Assembly: GCA_963708775.1 (NCBI GenBank)
Contig: CAVPTI010000021.1
Location: forward strand, 18,251 to 82,250
Direction: 5' to 3'
DNA length: 64,000 bases
Source of the DNA: an uncultured Alphaproteobacteria bacterium
GTDB taxonomy: Bacteria > Pseudomonadota > Alphaproteobacteria > Rhizobiales > Hyphomicrobiaceae
Shown here: one piece after another, positions 1 through 10,184 of the stretch
Numbering within the stretch: the first letter of the stretch is position 1
Layout: each line of letters starts with the position of its first letter
Notes under the pieces: generated by a model
Seen by the model: the letters and a program-made list of their open reading frames with translations, nothing else
Told to the model about the DNA's origin: nothing
Databases searched by the model: none
Position numbers and translations under genes: made by a program

Positions 1-236
1 GCCAATCCGGTTTGACGATCGAGGTATGCTTAGCTCCAATGCTCTGGCTATGCCAACAACAAAGTTCGCCTTGCTGGTAGCCAATGAAACGACTGCATCT
101 TGCTTATCATATATGCTGCCTCGCACTTGCCAAGCAGGACCTCCGTAGGCCACTTAGTGGTCGGAGTACAAAGTAACGGCCAATGGCGCTGGTCTCATAG
201 AGGCATACTTACTACCTGACGCGGGGGCGGGCAGCG

Positions 237-1421
237 TTGTTTGGCTTTAGAATATTGACGGCTGTTTTATTGGTAGCTCTTGCGGGTTGTGCCTCGCCAC
301 CGCGACTGCCAGCTTTGCCGCTCGCACTGGCATCAGAGACGAGCCCGTTCGGTATTCCAAATGTGCGCTACTATCCCGACACCGACGGTAAGAAGCTGGA
401 GGCGCTGGGTAAGGCTTCAATCCAAAAGGAACTTCGGGCGAACGCAGGGAAATTGTCGAGCCTTCAGCCAGCAAGTTTCCTAGCCATTTCGGGCGGCGGT
501 GATAGCGGTGCCTTCGGTGCCGGCTTGTTATGTGGATGGAGTAAGAGAGGCGATAGACCCAAGTTCAAATTGGTCACCGGCGTCAGTACCGGAGCTTTAT
601 CGGCACCTTTTGTGTTCCTGGGATCTGACTACGATCATGCATTGGCACAAGTTTATACGACGATCCAAGCTTCAGATGTTTTCGAGCCGCGCAAGGCGCT
701 GGTTGCGGCGGTCAGTGCTGACGCATTGACCGACAGCGCACCTTTGCGGGGCATGATCGCACAATTCATGGACCGGCAAATGATTTCACGGATCGCAGAG
801 GAGTACTCTAAGGGACGACTTCTTTTGATCATGACCACGAACCTTGATCAAGGGCGCCCGGTAATCTGGGATATCGGAGCCATCGCAGCGAGTGGGGATC
901 CGAAATCGCGCGAGTTCATCGTCGACATCCTCATGGCGTCGGCTGCAATCCCCGGGGTGTTCCCACCCGTGATGCTGGACGTCAGTCACGGCGGGATGAA
1001 TTATCAAGAGATGCATGTCGATGGAGGAACGACAGCCCAGGCGTTCCTCTACCCTCCGACGTTCAATCTCAATCGCGCAGCAGGGCAGGATCGTGTGGTA
1101 CGCAAACGCGTCGCGTATATCATTCGCAATGGAAGACTGTTTAGGGAAGAGTCCGACGTCCAGCGACAAACGCTATCGGTTGCCACGGAGGCCGCGTCAG
1201 CAATGATTGCTGCCAACGGCACCAACGACACGTTCCGCATCTATCTCACGACAAAACGCGATGGTGTCGATTACAATCTGGCCTACATCGACGATGACTT
1301 CACCGAACCCTACAAAGGTCCGTTCGATCGCGACTACATGAATAAGCTATTCGACTACGGCTTCGCGTTAGGACGGGCAGGCTATCAGTGGCACAAGGCT
1401 CCACCAGGTTTTGGGGACTAA
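237..1421 (+). CDS. Patatin-like phospholipase, probable lipoprotein
   Basis: 394-aa ORF. Lipobox-like N-terminus LLVALAGCAS. Patatin motifs are present: Gly-rich oxyanion GGGDSGAFGAG, nucleophile elbow GVSTGA (GxSxG) and catalytic Asp in HVDGG. Confidence 0.85.
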   Translation: MFGFRILTAVLLVALAGCASPPRLPALPLALASETSPFGIPNVRYYPDTDGKKLEALGKASIQKELRANAGKLSSLQPASFLAISGGGDSGAFGAGLLCGWSKRGDRPKFKLVTGVSTGALSAPFVFLGSDYDHALAQVYTTIQASDVFEPRKALVAAVSADALTDSAPLRGMIAQFMDRQMISRIAEEYSKGRLLLIMTTNLDQGRPVIWDIGAIAASGDPKSREFIVDILMASAAIPGVFPPVMLDVSHGGMNYQEMHVDGGTTAQAFLYPPTFNLNRAAGQDRVVRKRVAYIIRNGRLFREESDVQRQTLSVATEAASAMIAANGTNDTFRIYLTTKRDGVDYNLAYIDDDFTEPYKGPFDRDYMNKLFDYGFALGRAGYQWHKAPPGFGD

Positions 1422-1427
1422 GCCGGG

Positions 1428-1991
1428 CTACGGTCTTCTGGCAGATATTGTGCGGTCTTGATTGGTATGAAGGGTCAATGTGCCGTCCGCAGCAATTGAA
1501 AACCGCGACACCCGCTCCAAAAGCTCAAGAAAGAGCTGCTCCTGCTTCATGACAGGTTCTTCGCATGCCATCATCGACGACATGCCCTTGCCGATCGATA
1601 GCCCTTCACCCGTGATCTTGTACTCCGCATTGAAGCGGTTACAGGAGCCAAGTCCACTTAATCCGCCCTTTTCTGCGAATGTCATGGTGATGCGCGGCTC
1701 CCCTAAAACAGGTTCTCCCGAAAGGCTGACGACTGTCCATTCCTGTCCCTGAAGAAGGCTGCCTGGATCGCCGCCGCAGCCGTTAAGCCGCTTCGTGCCG
1801 AACGTGACAGTCACCTGCTCAGGTCGCGGCATGCCAGTCATGGTATCAACGCACACTTCGTTCTTGACATTGACCTCCAACGGATCGCCACCGATCGATG
1901 TGAGGTATCGAACCGTGCGGTCGTCGACTGCCGTCGCAGGCGGCACTGCAAATTCAATGCGATTTGCTCCAAAGTCAGTTTCCAGCGTCAT
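1428..1991 (-). CDS. META/HslJ-domain protein (ORF-supported core; N-terminus probably extends to ~2130)
   Basis: 187-aa ORF with a META-type C-terminus (SSMMACEEPVMKQEQLFLELL...GTLTLH). Codons upstream in the same frame read LVGWRQALAFFAVCGSTAAFA...GHEPSWSL, which looks like a lipoprotein signal. The only ATG ATG AAG (2130-2122) lies in another frame, implying a 1-nt indel near 2120. Confidence 0.7.
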   Translation of the reverse strand: MTLETDFGANRIEFAVPPATAVDDRTVRYLTSIGGDPLEVNVKNEVCVDTMTGMPRPEQVTVTFGTKRLNGCGGDPGSLLQGQEWTVVSLSGEPVLGEPRITMTFAEKGGLSGLGSCNRFNAEYKITGEGLSIGKGMSSMMACEEPVMKQEQLFLELLERVSRFSIAADGTLTLHTNQDRTISARRP

Positions 1992-2210
1992 TTTTCCATC
2001 TGACCTGGATAGCGACCAGGACGGCTCGTGACCGATGGCACGCCAATCTGCTTGTGAAGCGAATGCGGCCGTACTGCCACATACTGCAAAGAACGCGAGT
2101 GCTTGCCGCCAGCCGACCAGACTTCATCATTTGAGTTCTCATGTTTCGAATGTGAGTGAGAAAGAATTTGTCTGCAATCGCCGCCAAATTCCTATGGGTG
2201 CCGAGCACCC

Positions 2211-2819
2211 TTACAGAACAATGACCCGCGCTCCGTCTCGCACAGTCCCGAACAGCTCGAAAACATGTTCATTCAACATGCGAATGCAGCCGGAGGAGGC
2301 AAAGTGTCCAATACTCCACGGCTCGTGCGTTCCGTGAATGCGATAGAGTGTGTCTCGACCATCCCTATACAAGTAGAGGGCGCGTGCACCTAGCGGGTTG
2401 CGTGGCCCGCCAGGAACGTGAGATGGCAGCGACGGATCACGCCGCCGCATGTTCGCTGTCGGTGTCCACCCCGGCCATTTGGCCCGTCGCGCTATAATGG
2501 CTTCACCAGTCCACCGCCGACCATCCCGGCCCACCGCAATACCGAACCGGATCGCGCTGCCTGGACGATCAATGTAGTAGAGCATCCGCTCCTGCTTATT
2601 GATAAGAATAGTACCTATGGACTCGGGGCCGGAGTAGGCAACCGATTGGCGATGAAACCGCTCCGGAATTCGCTTTTTATCGACTAACTGAATATCGAAC
2701 GGGCGGTCTGGTATCTTCCCGATGTACCAATCTGATCGTGCAGCCGACACTCCGCGTGGAAAGATGATGGTCGCCGATGAGCCAATCAGAAACCTACGTC
2801 GATCGAGTGAAAAAGACAT
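2211..2819 (-). CDS. L,D-transpeptidase (YkuD domain), TAT/Sec exported
   Basis: Catalytic motif HGTHEPWSIGHFASSGCIRM near the C-terminus. The internal ATG at 2819 gives MSFSLDRRRFLIGSSATIIFPRGVSA, a twin-arginine-like signal. The 5' part of the 295-aa ORF has no protein-like character. Confidence 0.8.
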   Translation of the reverse strand: MSFSLDRRRFLIGSSATIIFPRGVSAARSDWYIGKIPDRPFDIQLVDKKRIPERFHRQSVAYSGPESIGTILINKQERMLYYIDRPGSAIRFGIAVGRDGRRWTGEAIIARRAKWPGWTPTANMRRRDPSLPSHVPGGPRNPLGARALYLYRDGRDTLYRIHGTHEPWSIGHFASSGCIRMLNEHVFELFGTVRDGARVIVL

Positions 2820-3003
2820 CGCCGCCCCTATTGTTCCCAGCAACAAGTGAGATTGCCATTCGGCAAGCAGGCTCGCAAGCCAGCGCCAGTGTTTTGGCCG
2901 CTGGGGTGCTGCGCAATTTTTCTGCCAAAGGCTTTCAGTTCCCCCAAATCCCGGTTGTGTCCCCGATGATCGCGAAACGCCGGCGCCTCCGTTCGTGACG
3001 GAC

Positions 3004-3972
3004 TCAATCAACTTGGTGCAGCTTTTGACCATTGCAGCCGGCCAATGCGGCGCGTAACGTCTCGGAGGGCAATTCTCCGAATAGTTCTTTGTAGGCACCG
3101 GAAACCCGGCCTAAGTCGGATGCGCCGGCCGCTTGCATGATCTGCGTTACGGTAAGGCGGTTATCCGTTGCGCGATAAAGTTTTCGCCTGATCAAATTCA
3201 GTTGCCGAAACCGCAGATAGCGGATCGGCCCCATTCCGATCACGCGGTGAAACGCACGCAACAGAGTCCGAGGGTGGACATGGGCGGCCTCCGCCATTTC
3301 TTCGACGTACCAATCGTCGCTGAGTTCGCCATTACCCAACGACGAAAGCGCTCGTGAAACGGTGTCGTTAGCCTTTAGAGCCGCATGATCCAGTTTGGAG
3401 AGCTGCTCGGTTGTTTCATTCGACAACACGTTGCGCACGGCTGCCAACAGTTCGCCCTCGGCATCTTCTCTCAAGGCGTCAGGCGATCCTTCTGAGGCAA
3501 GGGCATGGATGCGTTCTGCCCAAGCCACCAATTTCATCTGCTGGTCTGGGGTCAGCATGAGGAGATGCGGTCGGTGTTCGGTCCGCTGGATCCTCAGATT
3601 CCCATTTGTGAAGCACGGCGTTTCCACCATCGCGCGAGGCAGCGATATGGCAAACCAGGTGCGTGCACGATCAGCGGAAAAGACGAAGTGGCTGCCTGGA
3701 GGCAGCAGTGCGTAATGGTGTGAGGCGATGATGTCGCCATTTATCGTTATCGACGCGGCGGAAGGCCGATGGCGGCCGATAAGAATGTAGTTGTCGTCGA
3801 GTACCGTGCCGTGGACCACACTTGCGCCGCCATCACTGCCGAATTGCAGCACAATTGATCGCCCGGATATGACATCGAGCCACCAAGGCGCCTCCTCGCG
3901 CTTCGTCAATACAAAGCTCACCCGAGCTTGCTGCACGGCCCTACAATATTGATCGAACGGCACCGGCTTCAT
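3004..3972 (-). CDS. AraC-family transcriptional regulator
   Basis: 322-aa ORF with a C-terminal double HTH typical of AraC/XylS (HPRTLLRAFHRVIGMGPIRYLRFRQLNLIRRKL...VTQIMQAAGASDLGRVSGAYKELFGE). Confidence 0.8.
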   Translation of the reverse strand: MKPVPFDQYCRAVQQARVSFVLTKREEAPWWLDVISGRSIVLQFGSDGGASVVHGTVLDDNYILIGRHRPSAASITINGDIIASHHYALLPPGSHFVFSADRARTWFAISLPRAMVETPCFTNGNLRIQRTEHRPHLLMLTPDQQMKLVAWAERIHALASEGSPDALREDAEGELLAAVRNVLSNETTEQLSKLDHAALKANDTVSRALSSLGNGELSDDWYVEEMAEAAHVHPRTLLRAFHRVIGMGPIRYLRFRQLNLIRRKLYRATDNRLTVTQIMQAAGASDLGRVSGAYKELFGELPSETLRAALAGCNGQKLHQVD

Positions 3973-4561
3973 GCCAGCCTCATTGCAGTCGCCACAGAAG
4001 CTTTTGCGAAAGCTTTGCGTGTCCGACGGGTAACAGGTGGTCCTGGATTTTGGACAGTGTCCGAAATTTCATATCAGAACTCGACGCCGAATGCATTGTG
4101 ATGCTCAATGGTAGCGGGACGCCTGCAGGGGAAAAATTTACCAACTCGGCCGTGACTAGGACGAGCCAGACACTTCGCGTCAGCTGTCGGAGACGTTTAC
4201 GCCATGCACCATCGCCTGACTTGGTTTCTGATCGGAGCTGCCGTCGCGTCGGTGTTTTGGATTGCTGTTTTGCGCGGCATTGGCAATGAGTGGCTCAACA
4301 TTCTTTTGCGGGCCAGCTGATGTTTGGCAGTTTGTTTGGACCTACCGGATTCGTGAGGTGGAGAGCACGTTGTGCGCTGCGGCAAGGGTCCACATTTTTT
4401 GAAGGCGGCTGACCAAGCCAAAACGCCAGCTAGACTTGCGGCGGATGCCTCGGGTGGAGGCCATCGCTTGGACAATGCTGAGATATCACGTAAATGTCAA
4501 AAACTGGATTGCGTTCGGGACGGGGTTAGGTTCTATAGGATCAAGCGATGGTCGATGAGTA

Positions 4562-4903
4562 TTGCTAATGAATTTGCGCGCGATCATGCTGGCCGGCTCT
4601 TCCGCCCTGTTCGCTGTTGCAGCAGGCACGCCGTCGGCGCTCGACATTTACAACACCACGTCTGCATCTCACGGCACCAGTGGGACGATGCCGCATTTGC
4701 GGAGCGTCCAATTCGACGACAATGACGATGGTGTCGGCGGCTGTGTCAACGAATGCAAGCTCAAGCTTGAAATTTGCCTGGGGCAGCGACCCGATGGCGA
4801 GCCCCGGATCGGTGTGAGAAGCTTGAAGATGATTGCGAGAACGCTTGTTATAATTCCGGGCCTGACGCCGGTGACAATACCTAGGTTTGTGAGTGTGCAA
4901 TGA
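4562..4903 (+). CDS. Hypothetical small exported protein
   Basis: 113-aa ORF with a signal-like N-terminus (LRAIMLAGSSALFAVAAGTPSA). No recognisable domain. This is an ORF-only call. Confidence 0.3.
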   Translation: MLMNLRAIMLAGSSALFAVAAGTPSALDIYNTTSASHGTSGTMPHLRSVQFDDNDDGVGGCVNECKLKLEICLGQRPDGEPRIGVRSLKMIARTLVIIPGLTPVTIPRFVSVQ

Positions 4904-5270
4904 AGTGGTCCTGCTGCTGCTTTTGGGCCGGCACGCAAAAAGCAGCTGCTATGAAAGCAAAGAATTTTGGCGAGTAGCCTGCTAATTGGGAAGCCCAAGA
5001 CGGTTTAAATCTGCGGCGTCACAAAGATGCGCAGCGCACTCCCGCGCGAGCCGGCTTGTTCAATGGCCCTAAGCGCACGACTGTGGTGCTCAACACCTCG
5101 AAATAAAGTCATCACGGACCGGGTCTGCCGTGGCGACACGAGGTCGACCACGTCCTAGACGTTGCCTTTGTGCAACAAACCAATCATCTCAGCATCTGTA
5201 TTCAGGATAGCCTAGTTGAAACGAATACAGCTTTGGCGTCAGATGCCGGAAAGCTTTCAAAGCTGGTGGA

Positions 5271-7808
5271 GTGCAGGGCGTGCGGGTTCTCGTGTTGAAG
5301 ATCGTTTTGGGATTAGTTGCGGCTGGCTGCCTTACGACCACAGTGTCGGCGCAGCAAGGTCCCGAGCCTTCGGGGACCGAGGCCTACGAACTCCCGGAAG
5401 TTATCGTCGATACGCAGAAACAAGCAGCCGCCAAAAAGAAGCCGAACTCGCAACCGTCAGCGGGAGCTTCGGAGCCGACGAGCGGTCAAAGTTCGGCCAG
5501 CGGAGAGCCGGAGCCCATCGCCGCCGATGCGGCAGGCGCTGCTCCCGGCGGCACGCCTTCCGCGAATTTCTCATGGCGGGGGCGCTTCTGTAGGTAACGC
5601 GCCAGCAGTTTCCAGTGCCGGGTTCACGTCCGGGCCGCATCGTCGAACAGGTTGGCACCGTCGAGGAAGTCACGGCCGAACAGATCGAGCGCGTCGGGGC
5701 GCGGACGCTGGATGAAGCTATTCGTTTGATGCCCGGCGTTCATGTTCGCAATGGCGGGGACGGCGTGCCGCGCATCGATATCCGCGGCATGCGCACGCGC
5801 AACATCATCATCCTCGTCGATGGCGTGCCGCAAAATGGCACATATGATGGCCAATTCGACCCGCGTGCGATTCCTGTCGAAAATATCGCGCGGATCAAGG
5901 TCACGCGCGGCGGTTCGTCGGTGCTTTACGGGCCGGGCGGTAATGCGGCGGTGATCGATATCATTACTAAAGCCGCGGGACCCGGTCTGCGCGCGACGGG
6001 CGACACCATGGTAGGCTTCGGCCAGCAGAAGGATGCGCGCGTTACGGCGAGTTACGGTGGCGATGCCGTTTCGACTTTCATCAGCGCCTCGATCTACGAG
6101 CAGGATCAGTTTCACCTGTCGGACGATTTTGCATTCACGACGCTGCAGCCGAACGATGCGCGCGTGAACTCCGACCGCGAGGACCGCGCGATCTACGGCA
6201 ACACGCAGATCAAGGTGAACGAGGATATTCAGTGGGGTTTCTCGATCAACTACCGCGAGGGCGAGTACGGCAAGCCGCCGAGCACGCTGTAGCCGACACC
6301 CGGAGTGGAGGCGGAGGTGGGGTGCGGAGAGGCGGAGGACGGCGGCGGCGGTGCGGCTCCATGTACATTTGCGACCGTGCTCAGATTTCGCATCCGGGCT
6401 GCGCTTTGAGCGCGTCGACGATTACAGCGCATTGAGTCTGCAGACTTCCGGCCTGATCGACCTCGGCGGCGGGCTAACCGTGCGACCTATGGCCTACTTA
6501 CAATGTAACAATGAACTGACGAACCGCTATGACGACAAGAATTATCGATTCTCAGCTTCTAAGCGGCGCGTTCAGCGAAGATGCTTCGACGTCAATCTAC
6601 GGCGGCGGTGGTCAGATTGCATTCCGAGCCTGACGACAATAACTTGGTGACAGTTGCTCTCGATGCCCACCGCGAAGCATGGGAGGCGACCGGCTTCAGC
6701 AATACGTCAACAGCACGGTACTTGCTGACAGCGAATGTCAATCCAGCATCGTCAGCAACCTGCACTAACGCAATCGGAACATCGAGCAGCCTGAAGACAA
6801 GCTGCTTGCCCGATTGCAGCGGCTTGCTTCGGCGGAACGCTCGTAGGGCCGATCGCTTTTCAGAATACTGGCAACCCGTCATCAGTTGGGTAATCGCGCC
6901 CGACAAGCATGTACGTCGGCAAACTGGATGTCCCACCGCGACGAAGACCTCGACATCTTCTCCGCCGCCGCTGAATACGAAGTGAAGCTTACAAGCCAAC
7001 TGTCCGGCGTTGTCGGCGCTGGGTGGGCAGAGCAGCACCGGGAAGGTTCCAGCGACGGTGACTACACTTATCTCGCAGGTCTACGGTATGCCTTCACCGA
7101 AGATACTGTCCTGCGCGGCAACATTGCCCGCAAGATTCGCTTCCCCACTCTTCGAAATCTTTATGACGCAGATGGCGGTAATCCGGAATCTTGAAACTGA
7201 AGTCACGCAGAACTATGAAGTGGGTCTCGACCAGCGGCTGCCGTTCATCAACGGACTGTTCAGCGTCACCGTTTTCCGCATCGACGCGGAGAACTTCATC
7301 CGCAGAGCAAATGTCTGCGATGTCGATGGTAGTCAGCCACAAACGAGATCCGTTCTGCAACGACGACCAACTGCGTTTCCAGGGCGTGGAGACGAACTTA
7401 GCTTTCAGTCCGTTCGCCGGCTTCAATGCGCAGGTGGGTTACACGTACTTGGATGCGTCCAACGAGCAGCCGTCGGTGGTTGGTGGCACGTCCACCATCG
7501 ATAACGAGCCCGAGCACAAGGTCATGGCGGCGGTGAGTTATGCGATCGGTGGCGGGGCCACGTTGCTGGCCGATTACCAGTACGTGGCGGGCAGCTTCGC
7601 GGTGGGTCGCGATCAGATCCAGACTTTGGAACTTGCTGACTACCACCTCTTGAACCTCGGTGTGACGCAGGACGTCGGTGGCGGGGCGTACCAGCTTTAT
7701 GGCCGCGTCGAGAACGTGCTGGATGAGAACTACGAGTCATCCTTCGGCTTCCCGGAAGCCGGCCGCGTGTTCTTCATCGGATTGCGCGCGAAGCTCGGAC
7801 CGGGTTGA
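5271..7808 (+). pseudogene. TonB-dependent receptor, disrupted (at least 6 frame changes and an internal stop)
   Basis: Signal peptide and TonB-box-like ELPEVIVDT lie in the frame of 5271-5597. The plug domain lies in 5615-6292 (IRGMRTRNIIILVDGVPQNG...RIKVTRGGSSVLYGPGGNAAVIDIITK). Barrel fragments are spread over the frames of 6351, 6581, 6886, 7010 and 7191. The canonical C-terminus is ...NVLDENYESSFGFPEAGRVFFIGLRAKL. Confidence 0.8.
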
Positions 7809-7868
7809 GTTCGGCCGCTATTAGTGTGCGAGGGTCTTGTCTGTCTCAGGCACTCGACAAGGATCTTA

Positions 7869-8711
7869 ATGCGCTTACGTGTTCTTGGCTTCATTTTCGC
7901 GCTGCTCGTATCGTCGCTGGGGCATTCGCCGGCATATGCTGACGGGCCGCTGCGGCTTGCGATCGTCAACACGCCGAAAATCTCCGGGCTCATCGACGAT
8001 CTCGTCGCCGACTACAAGGCTTCCGGCGGCGGTGATGTGTCGGTCTATGGCGGCAGCGATGTGTTCGAGAAAGCGCGCGAAGGTGAGGCGGATCTCGTGA
8101 TCGCGCACTATGGCAAGGCGGACGTCGAACGCTTCGTGCTTGATGGATATGGCGCCTGGCCGCGCATGGTGTTCTCCAATCAGCTGGCGATCATCGGGCC
8201 GAAGTCAGACCCGGCTGGTATCCGCGGACTGTCGAGCGGCGCGGAAGCGATCAAGAAAATCGCCGCTGCAAAGGCGCCGTTCGCCGTCAATGCATTGCCC
8301 GGCATTACATATCTCACCGACATTCTCTGGCTTCAGGCCGGCTCACCGGACAAGGGCGATTGGGTGCTCGATCCGGGCGTGGCGAAGGGGCAGGCGATGA
8401 AGTTCGCGGAGGAAAAGGGCGCCTACACGATCTGGGGTGCAATTCCGTTTCTGCGCTTCAAGGAGAAACATGCTTCGACACTAGAATTGCTCGTCACCGG
8501 CGATCCGCTGTTCCAGCGCATCATGGCAGCGATCGTGGTGCAGCCGACCAAAGTGCCGGGGGCTCAGGCCGAGCGCGCCGTGAAGTTCGTCGATTACTTG
8601 TTGAGTTCTCGGGCTCAAGCGCGGATCGCGAGCTATCGCTCGCCGGGCGTAGAGCCCCAACTGTGGTGGCCGGCCGCGCGGCATAATCCGACGGAAGGTC
8701 TCGACGAATAA
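7869..8711 (+). CDS. Periplasmic substrate-binding protein, TupA/tungstate-binding-like (PBP-like fold)
   Basis: ATG at 7869 gives the signal MRLRVLGFIFALLVSSLGHSPAYA. LRLAIVNTPKISGLIDDLVADYK...ADLVIAHYGKADVERFVLDGYG...NQLAIIGPKSDPAGI resembles TupA/WtpA-type oxyanion binding proteins. No cognate permease or ATPase is adjacent. Confidence 0.65.
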   Translation: MRLRVLGFIFALLVSSLGHSPAYADGPLRLAIVNTPKISGLIDDLVADYKASGGGDVSVYGGSDVFEKAREGEADLVIAHYGKADVERFVLDGYGAWPRMVFSNQLAIIGPKSDPAGIRGLSSGAEAIKKIAAAKAPFAVNALPGITYLTDILWLQAGSPDKGDWVLDPGVAKGQAMKFAEEKGAYTIWGAIPFLRFKEKHASTLELLVTGDPLFQRIMAAIVVQPTKVPGAQAERAVKFVDYLLSSRAQARIASYRSPGVEPQLWWPAARHNPTEGLDE

Positions 8712-8714
8712 AGC

Positions 8715-9302
8715 TCAGGGGGTGCCGTCAGGCTGGGCGAAGCGCTTTTGCGCCACGCGCCACGCGAGGGCGGTCATCATCGCGCCCATGAAGCCGAAGG
8801 CGATGTGGGTCGAAATCGGGTACAGAATGCCGGCGCGGAACGAGCCGAACTGCATTCCGAAGAATTCCATCAAGCCGAGGCGGATCAGGGGCTTCGTCGC
8901 AAAGGCAAATGCAGTGACGAGCGGCAGCACGATGAATTGCGTTCGCCATCCCGCAAACAGCATGATGCCGAGATCGAGCGCGATGCCCGGTGCCAGATAG
9001 AGGAATGGTGTGGTCCATTCACTTCCTGCACCCATCGCCGCGGCGGTTCCCGCAGACGACAGCGCGGCGATCGTGGCTCCCCACTTATATGTGGTCGAGT
9101 AGCGGGCGAGCGCCAGCAGGGCCATGCCTTCCAGGCCGTGTTGGCCCGGGATGCGCAGCGGATAGCGGATCGTCTCGTGTAGCAGCACGATCGCAACGCC
9201 AATTGCGACGAGAAATGCCAGGCGACCCGCCGTCAGCGGGCCGACGAGCTCAATATTGCTTGGTGAGTTCGCGCGGGACGAGCTGCCAGTCACAGTTGCC
9301 AT
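8715..9302 (-). CDS. Polytopic inner-membrane protein, unknown function
   Basis: From ATG 9302 there are about 195 aa with 5-6 hydrophobic helices (LAFLVAIGVAIVLL, MALLALARY, FLYLAPGIALDLGIMLFAG, FIVLPLVTAFAF, ISTHIAFGFMGAMMTALAW). It overlaps the stop of the upstream gene by ~50 nt, so the start is uncertain. Confidence 0.55.
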   Translation of the reverse strand: MATVTGSSSRANSPSNIELVGPLTAGRLAFLVAIGVAIVLLHETIRYPLRIPGQHGLEGMALLALARYSTTYKWGATIAALSSAGTAAAMGAGSEWTTPFLYLAPGIALDLGIMLFAGWRTQFIVLPLVTAFAFATKPLIRLGLMEFFGMQFGSFRAGILYPISTHIAFGFMGAMMTALAWRVAQKRFAQPDGTP

Positions 9303-10002
9303 TGGTTTTTTCCGCTTTCTCGATGAGGAGGACGGCTTGATGATCGATGAGAACCGGGCGCGGCCAGGGATCGACGGCGATCCGCGCGCCAGGGTCCGGT
9401 GTCTCGCCAGACGGCGAACGCACGACGTGAATTCCAGTATCGGCGAGCAGTGTCTCGATCGAGACAACTCCGGTGAGTTCCCGCACGCCCTCGACCCATA
9501 CGAAGCGCCCGTCGCGGCCGGTTCGGCGAAGGCCCACGCCCGCCAGTGAGCCGATGACGCCCCCCTCGGTACCAGTGACGCCGCGCAGAATAATGCCTTC
9601 GCGCTGCGCCAAAGCGCGGGCGTCCGCCTGCGTCAGCACGGTGTCCTTCGCGCGCCGTCCGAACTCCATCACGGTCTCGCCGACGTCGTCAAAGCGCGCG
9701 ATGGCATAGGCGGCGTCGGACCCCGGTGCGGAGTGTTCCTCAAGGAAGGCGTAAACGATTTCGGACAGGTCAGTGAGTTCCCCGCCTAACCAATCGAGGT
9801 CAAGGCACAGCGAACTGTTGTGAGACGTGTAGGGGATGTCGGGGTGCACATAAAGTTGGTGCCGGCTGATGCCATGCACAACCGCCAGACCGTCATCGGC
9901 CAGCATGCGGCCAACGCCCCGGGCGCGATGGCCCGTGCCCCGGCTTTCATGGTTGTCGGTGTCGTCAATGGCGACGAGGAGGCGGTGGGATTTGATAGCC
10001 AT
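9250..10002 (-). CDS. Stand-alone TiaS-kinase-domain-like protein (IDDTD motif family)
   Basis: 250-aa ORF. The N-terminus LLVAIDDTDNHESRGTGHRAR, then HPDIPYTSHNSS, then TEGGVIGSLAGVGL follow the order and spacing I recall for the N-terminal kinase (TCKD) domain of archaeal tRNA(Ile2) agmatidine synthetase TiaS (GIDDTDS...NPxIPxKTRGNG...GRGxIGALAAVG). No OB or Zn-ribbon part is present. Confidence 0.55.
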   Translation of the reverse strand: MAIKSHRLLVAIDDTDNHESRGTGHRARGVGRMLADDGLAVVHGISRHQLYVHPDIPYTSHNSSLCLDLDWLGGELTDLSEIVYAFLEEHSAPGSDAAYAIARFDDVGETVMEFGRRAKDTVLTQADARALAQREGIILRGVTGTEGGVIGSLAGVGLRRTGRDGRFVWVEGVRELTGVVSIETLLADTGIHVVRSPSGETPDPGARIAVDPWPRPVLIDHQAVLLIEKAEKTNGNCDWQLVPRELTKQY

Positions 10003-10184
10003 ATCTTGTCATACATAGATCGGAAGCAAGATTTGGAAAAGGGGCATCTATCTCAAGCTGCCAGATTGAGCAGTGTCTGGCACGCCGCGTGCTCCCCCGA
10101 CGAGCTGCCCGTCCAGCGTTTAGCTCGCAGAAACGGCCGCAGCATGCTAACGTGGAAAGATTCCAACTTGCATTTTGGTCTTCC

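Noticed and set aside
237-1421. Patatin-like phospholipase as a possible CBASS or defence effector.
   Set aside because: It has a lipoprotein-type signal, and no cyclase, sensor or other defence gene is adjacent. It looks like an ordinary exported lipase.
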